A stretch of 64,000 nt of DNA, taken from assembly GCA_965237415.1 (NCBI GenBank), contig CBDEFM010000002.1:1920001-1984000 (forward strand), written 5' to 3'. The stretch is from Alphaproteobacteria bacterium. GTDB taxonomy: Bacteria; Pseudomonadota; Alphaproteobacteria; UBA828. The translations under genes and the position numbers were made by a program. Position 1 is the first letter of the stretch; the number at the start of each line of letters is the position of its first letter. This document shows positions 12,221-22,918 of this stretch, one piece after another. Under the pieces are notes generated by a model, which was given only the letters and a program-made list of their open reading frames with translations, did no database searches and had not been told where the DNA came from.

Positions 12221-12308
12221 GGAGGGATGGCCGAGTGGTTTAAGGCGCACGCCTGGAAAGCGTGTTCACCGAAAGGTGTCCGGGGTTCGAATCCCCGTCC
12301 CTCCGCCA
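12221..12308 (+). tRNA. tRNA-Ser(GGA)
   Basis: GGAGGGA acceptor stem pairing with TCCCTCC-GCCA, anticodon arm CACGC-CTGGAAA-GCGTG, long variable arm, GGTTCGAATCC T-loop. Confidence 0.96.
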
Positions 12309-12382
12309 AATCATTCCTCTAATCCATTGAATCACACGATAATTTGAACGACCGGCGAACCAGCCCGGAATGGTCGCCCGGA

Positions 12383-14227
12383 TCAGAACGCGATGCGCAA
12401 TCCTGCGCTCACCAGGTGATCGCCGCGCGAGGTGTCGCCCGAGCGCCCCGAATGTCCTAGAACGGCACTCGCTTGCCCGCCCAGGCTGGCCGAGACGCCT
12501 ACATCGGCGCTGAGCCAGTGCCGGGGCGGTTTGAAGCCCTCTGCCGTAAACCGCCCGGCCATGGTGTTGGAGCCGGCCGTGACCGAGACGGGGTCGTCGT
12601 CGAGCTCTCTCTCATAAGCGACGCCGGCGTAGGGACGTACGACGAGGCCGCTCAGCTCCGCCTCGCCCGTCACTCGATAGCCGGCGCGGGCGACGAGGGA
12701 GCTCCGCTCGAACGCGGCAAAGTTCATCGCGGTGGGTGCGCGTCCGCTCTCCCGATACGCGTCGATCTCCTGATCGAGCCAGGAGAGGCCGATCGCCGGC
12801 CCATGACGGACCGTTTCCAATGCATCCAGCGTCCATCCGAGGCCGATATCGACGCCAACCTGACGCGCCGCCGTGGAACCGCGCTGGGTCCTCACCGCCG
12901 AGCCGAAAGGAATCGAGCGCTCGATATCCACCTCGGTCCTGCCGAGGTTCACCGCGCCGCTCAGGTGAATCGCGCCCATCCGCCACGTCCCGTGCAAGGA
13001 CCCGACGGTCGTATCGCTATCGAGGGTAGCCCCCGAGACGCCGTCGTCGTGCCGGCCGAGGCTCAGTGCGGCACCCCACCAGACGTCGGCCGACGCGCGC
13101 TGACCGAAGCCCACCGTGACCGCCTGCTCGTCGGCCTCTGCCTCGCCAAGACGCGGCAGCGCGTCGACTTCTCGCCGGCCCGAACGCACCAGCACGTAGC
13201 TGCGCCACTGACCGGCCGGCCGCTCGAGCTCCCTGTTGGAGAGTCGCTCGGCTGCGACGGCACTCCGGTGCGCCGCCACCACGCTCGCGAGCATCGCGTG
13301 CGCCGCGCCGCTGGGGTGCTTGCCGTCGGCGAACAGGAAACTCTCGTTGGCACCCGGCGCGTAGGTGGCGGGCGAAAGCGAACCTGCCGGACCGCAGGCG
13401 AGCGCGTTGACCGCCTCGCTGAGAGGAGCGCACGCTGTCCCGTCGACATTGGTGAAGCCATATTTCGCGGGGTCCCGAACAACCTGGTCGAAGAGCCCGA
13501 ATGCGTCGATCGGGACGATCCCGTCGTCGAGCGAGCCGAGCCCCGCGTCGAGCGCCTCGTTGTAACCCTGGGCGAGGGCCGTCAGCGTCGCCGAAAACCG
13601 TGGATCGGGGATGCTCTGGGCGAACGGTGTCGCGCCTGGATCCGGCAGGTTGAAGACCACGATATGGCGTGCGCCCGCATCCTGGAGACGTTGGATCGCG
13701 CGAGCGTAATGTCGCACCGTCTCCGCGATGGCGGCCTCGGGATTGACCGGCGGAGCACCCGGCGCAGGCATCAGGGCGGCCTCGAGGATATCGACGAGGT
13801 CGTTGCTCCCGGCCCATAGGGCGTAGAGGGCGTCGGGATCGGCCTCACCATCTGGCCGCGAGCCAACATGGAGGGCAATCTGCTCGTCGATCCCCGGCAA
13901 CCGTATCTCGCCGACCCCCGGCACGGTGACGAGACAGGGGAGGTCCGGATTCACGCAGGCACCGCCGATGGCGTAGTTCGTCCCACGGGCGCCCGACGGC
14001 AGGGCAAACGCATCGAATTCGCCCGCCACGATCTCTGCCCAGACCGGGTCAGGGTTGGTGGTGAAGCTGTTTCCCGGCGGCACCAACGGCAAGAGTTGGG
14101 CCACGTTGCCGGAGTCGCTCAAGCTGTCGCCGAACACGACGACGGCGCTGTAGTCCTGCGCCCGAGCGCCGGACGCGCAGGCGACAAAGGCGAGAGCAAC
14201 CAAGAGTGCGCGAACATGAAGACGCAT
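12383..14227 (-). CDS. Autotransporter GDSL/SGNH lipase-esterase (EstA/ApeE-like)
   Basis: Signal peptide, FGDSLSDSG, TNYAIGGA, WAGSND, FADGKHP, C-terminal beta-barrel ending in F. Confidence 0.9.
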   Translation of the reverse strand: MRLHVRALLVALAFVACASGARAQDYSAVVVFGDSLSDSGNVAQLLPLVPPGNSFTTNPDPVWAEIVAGEFDAFALPSGARGTNYAIGGACVNPDLPCLVTVPGVGEIRLPGIDEQIALHVGSRPDGEADPDALYALWAGSNDLVDILEAALMPAPGAPPVNPEAAIAETVRHYARAIQRLQDAGARHIVVFNLPDPGATPFAQSIPDPRFSATLTALAQGYNEALDAGLGSLDDGIVPIDAFGLFDQVVRDPAKYGFTNVDGTACAPLSEAVNALACGPAGSLSPATYAPGANESFLFADGKHPSGAAHAMLASVVAAHRSAVAAERLSNRELERPAGQWRSYVLVRSGRREVDALPRLGEAEADEQAVTVGFGQRASADVWWGAALSLGRHDDGVSGATLDSDTTVGSLHGTWRMGAIHLSGAVNLGRTEVDIERSIPFGSAVRTQRGSTAARQVGVDIGLGWTLDALETVRHGPAIGLSWLDQEIDAYRESGRAPTAMNFAAFERSSLVARAGYRVTGEAELSGLVVRPYAGVAYERELDDDPVSVTAGSNTMAGRFTAEGFKPPRHWLSADVGVSASLGGQASAVLGHSGRSGDTSRGDHLVSAGLRIAF

Positions 14228-14286
14228 CGCATGCCTCCCTGATGGCATTCGGCCAGCGTTCGCGGGTGCCGGTGGTCGGAGGCGTC

Positions 14287-14700
14287 TCAGGCCGTGGTCC
14301 GCCCCCGAAGCATGTCGCGGAGTGTGCAGAGCTCGTCGAGGACGCGGGTGGCGCGGGCGCGGACCTCAGGGTCGAGGGAGCTCTCGACTTCGATCCTGTC
14401 AGGCGCTGCGGGTGCGGCGGCCGGCCGGGACGCCCGCTCGCGCAGCAGCTTCTGCACGCCGCGCACGGTGTATCCCTCGGCGTGCAGCAGGTGCCGGATA
14501 TGGCGCAGCAGCGCCACATCCTCGGGCCGGTAGTAGCGCCGCCCGCCGCCCCGCTTGAGCGGCCTGATCTGGGGGAACTTGGTCTCCCAGAAGCGCAGCA
14601 CGTGCTGCGGCACGGTGAGCGCCTCCGAGACTTCGCCGATGGTACGGAATGCGTCCGGCGATTTCAGAATGCCCGCGCCAGCGGGCTCGGCACCCTGCAT
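14287..14700 (-). CDS. MerR-family HTH regulator (ihfA-associated)
   Basis: [38 protein letters not shown]. Confidence 0.9.
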   Translation of the reverse strand: MQGAEPAGAGILKSPDAFRTIGEVSEALTVPQHVLRFWETKFPQIRPLKRGGGRRYYRPEDVALLRHIRHLLHAEGYTVRGVQKLLRERASRPAAAPAAPDRIEVESSLDPEVRARATRVLDELCTLRDMLRGRTTA

Positions 14701-14703
14701 CGT

Positions 14704-15072
14704 CTAGTAAGAGGCCGGCCCGCCGGGCCGCTCAATGTCGGACACCGTCTCCGCGCTCTCGCCCTCTTCAGCGGGCGCGAGCAAGCTATTGATGCGGTCC
14801 TTCAGCACATGGGACGCGCGGAATACCAGGACGCGGCGCGGAACGATGGGCACCTCTTCGCCGGTCTTGGGGTTGCGCCCGATACGCTCGCCCTTCATCC
14901 GCGCGCTGAAGCTGCCGAAGGAAGAAATCTTCACCGGCTCGCCACGCGCCAGAGCATCGGCAATCAAGCCGAGGACGGATTCTACCAAATCCGCCGATTC
15001 CTTGCGTGACAGGCCGATTTCGCGGAAGACAGCCTCGGCAAGATCGGCGCGGGTGACCGTTCGCCCGGCCAT
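14704..15072 (-). CDS. ihfA: Integration host factor alpha subunit
   Basis: [48 protein letters not shown]. Confidence 0.95.
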   Translation of the reverse strand: MAGRTVTRADLAEAVFREIGLSRKESADLVESVLGLIADALARGEPVKISSFGSFSARMKGERIGRNPKTGEEVPIVPRRVLVFRASHVLKDRINSLLAPAEEGESAETVSDIERPGGPASY

Positions 15073-15177
15073 TGTTTCCCGCCTCCCTTATGATGGCGGC
15101 CACGGTAATGCCTCGGCGCCGCAGCGTCAACCACGACTCGCGTGCCCGACTTTCAATTGTCGGGCGGGCTCAACGCC

Positions 15178-16149
15178 TTACAAACGGATGACGCCGGCGC
15201 CCCAAACCAGCCCGCCGCCGATCGCCTCGACCACCAGTAAATCTCCCGGCTTGATCCGCCCGTCGTCGATGCCGGCGTTGAGCGCGAGCGGGATGGAGGC
15301 AGACGAGGTGTTGGCGTGGCGGTCCACGGTCACGATCGTCTTCTCCGCCGGGATGCCGAGCTTCTTGCCGGTCGCATCGATGATGCGGCGGTTCGCCTGA
15401 TGGGGGACCAGCCAGTCGACCTCGTCGACGCCGACACCTGCGGCTTCCAGCGCCTCGCCCGCGATTTCCGCCAGATTGGCTACGGCATGGCGGAAGACCT
15501 CGCGCCCCTGCATCCTGAGATGGCCCGACGTCTGGGTGGAGGAGACGCCGCCGTCAACATAGAGCACCTGATAGTGGCGCCCGTCGGAACGCATGCGGAC
15601 CGAGAGCACGCCTCTATCCGCCGTGCTGCCTGCGCCGGTCTCTGCACGCAGCACCGCGGCCCCTGCCCCGTCGCCAAAGAGCACGCAGGTCTGGCGGTCG
15701 TCCCAATCGAGGATGCGCGAATAGGTCTCGGCGCCGACGATGAGCGCCGTTTCGGCCGCGCCGCTCTTGACCATGCTGTCGGCCACCTGGAGTGCGCAGA
15801 CGAAGCCTGCGCATACCGCCTGGACGTCGAAGGCGATGCCGCCGGTCATGCCGAGCCTCGCCTGCACCTTGGTCGCGGTGGCAGGGAAGGTGTTGTCCGG
15901 CGTCGACGTCGCCAGCACCAGCAGGTCGAGCGCGGCGGCGTCGATGCCGGCTGCCTCCAGCGCCGCCTGGCTCGCCGCACAGGCGAGGTCGGAGGTCAGT
16001 TGGTCATCGGCGGCAACATGGCGCTGCCTGATGCCGGTCCGGGTCTTGATCCACTCGTCGCTTGTGTCGATGCGCGTGCTGAGCTCATCGTTGCTGAGCA
16101 CCCGGTCGGGGAGATAGGCGCCGCAGCCGACCAACCGGGAACGGCGCAT
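15178..16149 (-). CDS. fabH: Beta-ketoacyl-ACP synthase III
   Basis: [36 protein letters not shown]. Confidence 0.96.
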   Translation of the reverse strand: MRRSRLVGCGAYLPDRVLSNDELSTRIDTSDEWIKTRTGIRQRHVAADDQLTSDLACAASQAALEAAGIDAAALDLLVLATSTPDNTFPATATKVQARLGMTGGIAFDVQAVCAGFVCALQVADSMVKSGAAETALIVGAETYSRILDWDDRQTCVLFGDGAGAAVLRAETGAGSTADRGVLSVRMRSDGRHYQVLYVDGGVSSTQTSGHLRMQGREVFRHAVANLAEIAGEALEAAGVGVDEVDWLVPHQANRRIIDATGKKLGIPAEKTIVTVDRHANTSSASIPLALNAGIDDGRIKPGDLLVVEAIGGGLVWGAGVIRL

Positions 16150-16151
16150 AG

Positions 16152-17204
16152 CTATAGCGCGGCCCTCTTAGGCTCCGGCAGAGTCGAAAGCTGGAGACGC
16201 GACAGCTCGTCGATGATCTTGGGATTGATCCCCTGGCTCACCATGTCGAAGGCGACGCCGACGGCGTTGGCGAAGCCCTTGTGATCGGTGCCCCCGTGGC
16301 TCTTCACAACGACCCCGTTCACGCCCAGGAACATCGCACCGTTATAGGCGCGGGGGTCGACGCGCTCCCTGAGCAGGCGGAGTGCCGGCCGCGCCAGCAG
16401 GTAGCCCAGCCGCGAGAACAGCGAACGCCGGAAGGCGCTCTTCAGATACTCGGTGTAGAGGCGCGCCGTACCCTCCGCCGACTTGAGCGCGATGTTGCCG
16501 GCGAAGCCATCGGTTGCGATGACATCGACCGTGCCGGCGGCGATGTCGTCGGCCTCGACGAATCCGTGAAACTTGATGGGCAGCCCGGAATTTCGCAGCG
16601 TCGAGGCGGCGGTGCGAATGATCTCGCTGCCCTTCAGCTCCTCGGTGCCGATGTTGAGGAGGCCCACTGTCGGCTCGCGCACGCCGAGAACGTTGCGCGC
16701 GAAGACCTCGCCCATCACGGCGAACTGCGCGAGCGTCGTCGAGTCGCAGTCGATGTTGGCGCCGAGATCGAGCATCACGCTCTCGCCCCGCACCGTGGGC
16801 ACGATCGACCCCATCGCCGGGCGGCCGATGCCCGGCAGGGTCTTGAGCGTGAATTTGGAAAGCGCCATGAGCGCGCCGGTGTTGCCTGCCGAGACCACAC
16901 CGTGCGCCGTCTTCTCGCCCACGGCGTCGATCGCTAGCCGCATGCTCGAACGCTGGCGCCGGCGAAGCACCTGGACAGGCTTGTCGTTGTCGGCGATCAC
17001 CTCGTCGGCATGGTGGATGGTGCTGACCGACTTCAGGCGCTTGTAACGCTCCAGGCTTGCGGCAATCGCCGTCTCCTTGCCGAAGAACATGAAGCGGAGA
17101 CGCGGATAGCGCACGCGGGCGATGTTGGCGCCCCGGATCACCACGTCGGGTGCACCGTCCCCGCCCATCGCATCCAGGGCGATCACGATCTCCGATTGGC
17201 TCAT
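16152..17204 (-). CDS. plsX: Phosphate acyltransferase PlsX
   Basis: [40 protein letters not shown]. Confidence 0.96.
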   Translation of the reverse strand: MSQSEIVIALDAMGGDGAPDVVIRGANIARVRYPRLRFMFFGKETAIAASLERYKRLKSVSTIHHADEVIADNDKPVQVLRRRQRSSMRLAIDAVGEKTAHGVVSAGNTGALMALSKFTLKTLPGIGRPAMGSIVPTVRGESVMLDLGANIDCDSTTLAQFAVMGEVFARNVLGVREPTVGLLNIGTEELKGSEIIRTAASTLRNSGLPIKFHGFVEADDIAAGTVDVIATDGFAGNIALKSAEGTARLYTEYLKSAFRRSLFSRLGYLLARPALRLLRERVDPRAYNGAMFLGVNGVVVKSHGGTDHKGFANAVGVAFDMVSQGINPKIIDELSRLQLSTLPEPKRAAL

Positions 17205-17234
17205 CCTGGGCCTTCGCCTCGGCCTGGTGTTGGG

Positions 17235-17414
17235 CTAGGCCTCGCCCTCGATCACTTCGCGGCCCCTATAGTAGCCGCAGGCCCGGCACACATGGTGGGG
17301 CAGCTTGTGCTCGCCGCAATTCGGGCATTCGGCCGGATTGGCCTTCGCCAGCGCGTCATGGGAGCGACGACTCCCGCGCCGCGCGCGGGAGACTTTCTTT
17401 TTCGGGACGGCCAT
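17235..17414 (-). CDS. rpmF: 50S ribosomal protein L32 (not in ORF track)
   Basis: Manual translation [22 protein letters not shown]...[30 protein letters not shown]. Confidence 0.95.
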   Translation of the reverse strand: MAVPKKKVSRARRGSRRSHDALAKANPAECPNCGEHKLPHHVCRACGYYRGREVIEGEA

Positions 17415-17508
17415 CGATAACTTCTCACCGCTTGAATGCGCCGACGCTGCGCCATCGCTTCAGCAGGATCGCGTCAACTGCGCCGGCACTACACGATCGA
17501 CTCGCACA

Positions 17509-18081
17509 TTACAACTTGCTTTTCAGTTGGCCAAGCACCGCAAACGGTCCAGCGTCCACATCGCCACTCGATTCGCCTTTTCCGGGCTCCCCCCCGCCTG
17601 CCGTGTAGGTGAGCGGCTCAGCCGGCGCGTCCGGGTGGCGCGGATAGGGGTCGAGGAAGAGCGCAAGATGCTCCGCCACCACCTCTCCCACATCGATGCA
17701 GTCGGCGGGCAGCGGCTCCGCCTCCTCACCCTCCGCCAGAACCTCAACCTCGTGCTCAGACGAGTCCTCCGGCAATGGCGCGTAGAGGACGGAAATCGCT
17801 TCGCAGAGCGTGCGCGGCACGGGCTCGAGCGTCACCACGCAGCTCTGAGCGAGCCGCGCCTGGATCGTACCGCTCACGCGAATAGCCCCCTCGGCGTCGC
17901 CAGCCGGCTCGACGCGAAGCTCCGCCGCAAGCAGCTCCAATGCCAGCAGGTCGAGCCGGCGCATGAGCGCCTCCCTCTCCGCATCGTCGAACTCGATCTC
18001 AAGGGTGAGGCCCCGCGGACCCACCTCGTCGGGCGCGATCAAGCGCCGGCCTCTGGCGCGCGCGGGCGAATCGGCGCTCAC
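17509..18081 (-). CDS. YceD/DUF177 family protein
   Basis: QSCVVTLEPV, IDVGEVVAEHLALFLDPYPR, GPFAVLGQLK; GTGA overlap with upstream gene; lies upstream of rpmF. Confidence 0.88.
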   Translation of the reverse strand: MSADSPARARGRRLIAPDEVGPRGLTLEIEFDDAEREALMRRLDLLALELLAAELRVEPAGDAEGAIRVSGTIQARLAQSCVVTLEPVPRTLCEAISVLYAPLPEDSSEHEVEVLAEGEEAEPLPADCIDVGEVVAEHLALFLDPYPRHPDAPAEPLTYTAGGGEPGKGESSGDVDAGPFAVLGQLKSKL

Positions 18082-18674
18082 GGGCCGTTCTCTGCCGCAG
18101 GCGCAACCATGAGCGAGGAAACCGGCGGCAGCTCGAGCTCGCCGCCGAGCAACGCGGCGGGGCTCTGGCGATCGAGCGCATCCAGCAATGACTCGACATA
18201 GCACGCCATCGCCTCGACGCGGGCGGCGGGCGGCGGGTCGTTGTTGAAGACGTTGCGCTCCAGCGCTTCGGCGATGGAGCTGCGGCGCTCTGCGCCCGGC
18301 GCCTGATCGAAGGCCTGGTCATAGGCCATGGCGCGCCCATAGAAGGCGCGGGCCATCTGTTTCACCCGTTTGCCGACGCGGAGGTCGCCGACGCCCATCT
18401 CGCGGAGGCTCTGATCCATGTCGTCGAACATCACGTCGAAGAGCGCCTGGCTCAGCTGCCGGCCCCCCTCATCGCACTGGCGCAGCCTGCGCATCAAAGG
18501 AACCACATGCAGGACGATCAGGTCGAAGCGGCCGTCGAGCGTGTCCGCAACGCCGCCCTCGGTGTAGAGGATGGGATCGCGCGCCTGGCGCACTGCTACC
18601 ATGTAGAGGCGTCGGGCCGCCTCGCGCCGGCGCTTGCGCCCCTTCAGTTGGCGCCAGATGCGCCCGACTGCCAT
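18078..18674 (-). CDS. Ubiquinol-cytochrome c chaperone (Cbp3-like)
   Basis: VADTLDGRFDLIVLH, FDDMDQSLREMGVGDLRVGKRVK..AFYGR. Confidence 0.9.
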   Translation of the reverse strand: MAVGRIWRQLKGRKRRREAARRLYMVAVRQARDPILYTEGGVADTLDGRFDLIVLHVVPLMRRLRQCDEGGRQLSQALFDVMFDDMDQSLREMGVGDLRVGKRVKQMARAFYGRAMAYDQAFDQAPGAERRSSIAEALERNVFNNDPPPAARVEAMACYVESLLDALDRQSPAALLGGELELPPVSSLMVAPAAENGP

Positions 18675-18763
18675 GACGATACACTTCCTCGCCGGTCCGC
18701 GCCGTTGACACGTCTCGTCAACGCGCGCAGGTTGACGCGGCTTAGCGAGCGGAGGTGGCTTCC

Positions 18764-19255
18764 ATGGCGCTGCGGCGCAGATTCGGAGAGACTATCGCAG
18801 CGCACGCATGCGGACAGCGCACCCGGCGCGCCCTGCTCGGCTGCGCGCTGGCGGCGGCGCTGCTCGCCGGCTGCGAACCGATTGTCCACCAGCAGGGCCA
18901 TGTGAGCGATCCGGAAGCGCTGGTCGAAATCAAGCCCGGCGTGCAGGCCCGCGAGGACGTTGCACGCCTGCTGGGCACGCCGTCCTCGATGGGGACGTTC
19001 GACGACAAGCACTGGTACTACATCAGCCGTCGCACGGAGACGACGGCGTTCTACGAACCCGACCTGGTCGACCAGAACGTCACCGTGATCGCCTTCGACG
19101 AGAACGGCGTCGTGGCCGAGGTCGCCTCGCTTTCGCTCGCCGAGGCGCGCGCGATCGAGCCGGTGGACGAGGAGAGCCCGACGCGCGGGCGCACGCTCGG
19201 CCTGCTCGAGCAGCTTTTCGGCAACATCGGCCGGCCGGTCGCGCCCCCGCAGTAA
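18764..19255 (+). CDS. bamE: Outer membrane protein assembly factor BamE (lipoprotein)
   Basis: Lipobox LLAGC, V..LLGTPS, WYYIS, FDENGVV, LLEQLFGNIGR; GGAGG before ATG 18764. Confidence 0.9.
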   Translation: MALRRRFGETIAAHACGQRTRRALLGCALAAALLAGCEPIVHQQGHVSDPEALVEIKPGVQAREDVARLLGTPSSMGTFDDKHWYYISRRTETTAFYEPDLVDQNVTVIAFDENGVVAEVASLSLAEARAIEPVDEESPTRGRTLGLLEQLFGNIGRPVAPPQ

Positions 19256-19296
19256 GGCGCCTCGTCCCCTCGATCTCCTCCCGGCGCTGAGGCGCA

Positions 19297-21390
19297 TCAA
19301 CCGGCGGTGAACTTCGCGATGATGGCGAGCAGCAGGATCGCCACGATATTGGTGATCTTGATCATCGGGTTGATGGCGGGCCCGGCGGTGTCCTTGTAGG
19401 GATCGCCGACGGTATCGCCGGTGACCGCCGCCTTGTGGCTGTCCGAGCCCTTGCCGCCGTAGTTGCCGTCCTCGATGTATTTCTTGGCATTGTCCCAGGC
19501 GCCGCCGCCGACAGTCATGGCAATGGCGAGGAAGAGCCCGGTCACGATCGTGCCCATGAGAGCCGCGCCCAGTGCCGAGAAGCCGGCCGATTGGCCCGCG
19601 ATCGCCCAGATCACGATATAGAGCACGATCGGCGCCAGGATCGGCAGCAGCGAGGGCAGGATCATCTCGCGGATGGCTGCCTTCGTGAGCAGATCGACGG
19701 CGCGGCCGTATTCCGGCTTGCCTGTCCCCTCCATGATGCCGGCGATCTCCCTGAACTGCCGGCGTACCTCGAGCACCACGGAGGCCGCGGCCCGGCCGAC
19801 CGCGAGCATCGCCATGGAGGCGAAGAGGAAGGGCAGGAGACCGCCGAAGAAGAGGCCGACGACCACATAGGGATTGCTCAACGAGTAGTCGAGCTCGACG
19901 CCCGGGAAGTATCGCCCCACTTCCTCGGTATAGGCCGTGAACAGCACAAGCGCAGCAAGCCCTGCGGAGGCGATGGCGTAGCCCTTGGTCACCGCCTTGG
20001 TGGTGTTGCCGACCGCATCCAGCGCGTCGGTCGTTCGCCGCACGTCCTCTGGCAAGTCCGCCATCTCGGCGATGCCGCCGGCATTGTCGGTCACCGGGCC
20101 ATAGGCATCGAGGGCAACGACCATGCCGGCGAGCGCCAGCATCGCTGTCACCGCGATCGCGATGCCGAAGAGGCCGGCAGCGAGATAGGCGAGGATGATC
20201 CCTGCCGAGATGATGATCGCGGGAAGCGCCGTCGCCTGCATGGAGACCGCAAGCCCCTGGATGATGTTGGTGGCATCCCCCGTGGTCGACGCCTTGGCGA
20301 TACCGCGCACCGGCCCGAACTCGGTCGACGTGTAGTATTCGGTGACCCAGATCATGAGGCCGGTCACCACCAGCCCGATCAACCCGCAGAGGAAGAGGTC
20401 GAGGCCCGAGGCCGTCACGTCGCCGACTGTGAACTCGGTGTTCCAGCCCACCACCCAGTCGGTGATCGGATAGAACGCGATGGCGGAGAGCACGGCGGAG
20501 ACCAGGAAGCCGCGATAGAGCGCGGGCATGATCTTCTGGCTCTTGCCGAGGCGGACAAAAAAGGTGCCGATCACCGACGCCAGGATGCAGGCGCCGCCGA
20601 TAGCCAGCGGGTAGAGCATGAGCGATTGCTGCAACGGCCCGGTGAAGAACACCGCCGCGAGCAGCATGGTGGCGACGATGGTGACGGCATAGGTCTCGAA
20701 GAGGTCGGCCGCCATGCCGGCGCAGTCGCCCACATTGTCGCCGACATTGTCTGCGATCACCGCGGGGTTGCGCGGATCGTCTTCGGGAATGCCGGCTTCC
20801 ACCTTGCCGACCAGGTCGGCGCCCACGTCGGCGCCCTTGGTGAAGATGCCGCCGCCCAAGCGCGCGAAGATCGAGATGAGCGAGCCGCCGAAGCCCAGCG
20901 CGACGAGCGCTTCCAGCACGGTCTTCGTCTCGACCTCCGCGATCAGCAGGATCGCGTAATAGACGGTGACGCCGAGGAGGCCGAGGCCCACCACCAGAAG
21001 GCCGGTGATTGCGCCGGAGCGGAAGGCGACGCTGAGCGCAGGCTTGAGCCCGCCGGTCCGGGCCGCATCTGCGGTCCGTACATTCGCCCGCACAGAGACG
21101 TGCATGCCGATGTAGCCGGCCGCGCCGGAAAGAACCGCACCGATCAGGAAGCCGATGCCCACCAGATGGCCGAGGAGCCCGGTCAGAATGCCGAACAGCA
21201 CCAGCCCGACGAGGGAGATCGTCAGGTACTGGCGGTTCAAGTAGGCCCGCGCGCCCTCCTGCACGGCGGCGGCGATCTCCTGCATGCGCTCCGTGCCGGC
21301 GCTCGCGCTCAGGACCGACCGTGTGGCGTAAAGACCATAGGCGAGCGCGACGAGTCCGCAGGCCACGGCAAACCAAAGGATTGCTGACAT
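19297..21390 (-). CDS. hppA: Membrane-bound H+-translocating pyrophosphatase (K+-independent signature)
   Basis: [46 protein letters not shown]. Confidence 0.95.
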   Translation of the reverse strand: MSAILWFAVACGLVALAYGLYATRSVLSASAGTERMQEIAAAVQEGARAYLNRQYLTISLVGLVLFGILTGLLGHLVGIGFLIGAVLSGAAGYIGMHVSVRANVRTADAARTGGLKPALSVAFRSGAITGLLVVGLGLLGVTVYYAILLIAEVETKTVLEALVALGFGGSLISIFARLGGGIFTKGADVGADLVGKVEAGIPEDDPRNPAVIADNVGDNVGDCAGMAADLFETYAVTIVATMLLAAVFFTGPLQQSLMLYPLAIGGACILASVIGTFFVRLGKSQKIMPALYRGFLVSAVLSAIAFYPITDWVVGWNTEFTVGDVTASGLDLFLCGLIGLVVTGLMIWVTEYYTSTEFGPVRGIAKASTTGDATNIIQGLAVSMQATALPAIIISAGIILAYLAAGLFGIAIAVTAMLALAGMVVALDAYGPVTDNAGGIAEMADLPEDVRRTTDALDAVGNTTKAVTKGYAIASAGLAALVLFTAYTEEVGRYFPGVELDYSLSNPYVVVGLFFGGLLPFLFASMAMLAVGRAAASVVLEVRRQFREIAGIMEGTGKPEYGRAVDLLTKAAIREMILPSLLPILAPIVLYIVIWAIAGQSAGFSALGAALMGTIVTGLFLAIAMTVGGGAWDNAKKYIEDGNYGGKGSDSHKAAVTGDTVGDPYKDTAGPAINPMIKITNIVAILLLAIIAKFTAG

Positions 21391-21597
21391 GGTGGCAACC
21401 TCATTGAGCGATGGGGAGAAAGGCGCTTGTGCACGCGTTTGCGCGCGCCGGGGGGGCCTCCGGCGCGGCGGAAAATGACAGAAGAGCCCGGCGAGCGCAA
21501 CCGGGGTGCGGGTCGGCGACCCCACCCTGGTAGCAAGCGGGCATGGGCATGGGATGGGCCGGGCCGCAAAGCGGCCCGGAGCGCGCGACCGCGCGCC

Positions 21598-21650
21598 GCG
21601 CCGAATGGCGCGTAGCCAAGCGAGCGGAGCGAGCGCCCGGCGCCTGAGGG
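21598..21650 (+). repeat. Dispersed structured repeat family B, copy 2
   Basis: gcgcc-gaat-ggcgc-gtagccaagcgagcggagcgagcgcccggcgcctgaggg; preceded by extra hairpin gggccgc-aaa-gcggccc at 21561. Confidence 0.75.
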
Positions 21651-21728
21651 TCAAGAACAAGTCGCCGGGCTGGTGCGGGCCGGGTGCGCTGGTATAGTGC
21701 GCGCGCCTTCAGATCCGGGAGAGGACGA

Positions 21729-22583
21729 ATGAAGCTGTTGCGAGTTGGCGAGGCGGGCGCCGAGCGGCCGGCCGTGATGCAGGACGACGGAACCATCATC
21801 GATGTATCGAGCGCGGTCGGCGAGATCGACGGCGCCTGGCTCGAAGGCGGCGGCGTCGGGCGGTTGGCGGCAGTCCTGGCCGAAGGCGCCGGCCGCTTCC
21901 CGATCGTCGATGCCGGCACGCGAATCGGCCCGCCGATTGCGCGGCCCGGGCACCTCATCGCCATCGGCCTCAACTTCGCCGATCACGCCAAGGAAGCGGG
22001 GATGGACCTGCCGACGGAGCCGGTGGTTTTCTCCAAGGCGCCGAGCTCTTATAGCGGGCCGGACGACGACGTGCTGATCCCGCGCGGCAGCACCAAGACC
22101 GACTGGGAGGTCGAGCTCGGTGTGGTGATCGGCCGCAGCGCCGAAAACCTGCCGGACGACGACGCGGCCATGGCCCATGTCGCCGGCTACTGCATCTGCA
22201 ACGACGTCTCCGAGCGCGACTTCCAGCTCCAGCGCGGCCCCACCTGGATCAAGGGCAAGTCGGCGCGGACCTTCTGCCCCACCGGCCCGTGGCTGGTCAC
22301 CCCCGACGAGATTCCCGACCCCCAGAGCCTCGCCATGTCGCTCACCGTCAACGGCGAGATGCGGCAGACCGGCAGCACGGCGACCATGATCTTCGGCGTT
22401 GCCCACCTCGTCCGCTACCTCAGCAAGTTCATGGTGCTGGACGCGGGCGATCTGATCTCGACCGGCACCCCGCCCGGGGTCGGCATGGGCATGAAGCCGC
22501 CGGTCTACCTCAAGCCCGGCGACGTGATGGAACTCGAGATCGAGGGCCTCGGCCGCCAGCGGCAGACGCTCCGCCAAGGGTAG
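21729..22583 (+). CDS. Fumarylacetoacetate hydrolase family protein
   Basis: IGLNFADH, KTDWEVELGVVIG, NDVSERDFQ, GDLISTGTPPGVG. Confidence 0.92.
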   Translation: MKLLRVGEAGAERPAVMQDDGTIIDVSSAVGEIDGAWLEGGGVGRLAAVLAEGAGRFPIVDAGTRIGPPIARPGHLIAIGLNFADHAKEAGMDLPTEPVVFSKAPSSYSGPDDDVLIPRGSTKTDWEVELGVVIGRSAENLPDDDAAMAHVAGYCICNDVSERDFQLQRGPTWIKGKSARTFCPTGPWLVTPDEIPDPQSLAMSLTVNGEMRQTGSTATMIFGVAHLVRYLSKFMVLDAGDLISTGTPPGVGMGMKPPVYLKPGDVMELEIEGLGRQRQTLRQG

Positions 22584-22613
22584 CCGCCGCAGCCTGACGC
22601 CGGCCGGCACCGT

Positions 22614-22642
22614 TTGACAGGGGTGCGGGCGCTCCCTATGGT
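22614..22642 (+). promoter_or_regulatory. Putative sigma70 promoter of rpmJ
   Basis: TTGACA-17 nt-TATGGT. Confidence 0.55.
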
Positions 22643-22668
22643 GCGCCGCCCCTCGATGAGAGGATGAC

Positions 22669-22794
22669 ATGAAGGTCTTCAACTCGCTGCGCGCCGCCAA
22701 GAAGCGGCACAAGGATTGCCAGATCGTGCGCCGCAAGGGCCGCGTCTTCGTCATCAACAAGCGCAACCCGCGCTTCAAGGCGCGCCAGGGCTGA
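22669..22794 (+). CDS. rpmJ: 50S ribosomal protein L36 (type B; not in ORF track)
   Basis: Manual translation [41 protein letters not shown]. Confidence 0.95.
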   Translation: MKVFNSLRAAKKRHKDCQIVRRKGRVFVINKRNPRFKARQG

Positions 22795-22918
22795 TCGCGC
22801 CGGACCGCTGCAGCCCTGCCGGCACAGCGCCCGCCTGCATTGACGGGCGGCGCGTGCGCACCGACAATCCGCCCCGTCCAACAACGAGGGCCCCGGCCGG
22901 GCCTCGGAAGGTGCTGCC

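Noticed and set aside
12145-12309. N-terminal extension of ORF 11836-12309
   Set aside because: It is the antisense of tRNA-Ser
18704-18737. Inverted repeats gttgac...gtcaac...gttgac between the Cbp3-like gene and bamE
   Set aside because: Explained by overlapping TTGAC -35 boxes of divergent promoters
22669-22794. Zinc-free type B L36 as a Zur-regulated paralogue
   Set aside because: This is the usual L36 form in alphaproteobacteria and no Zur box is seen upstream
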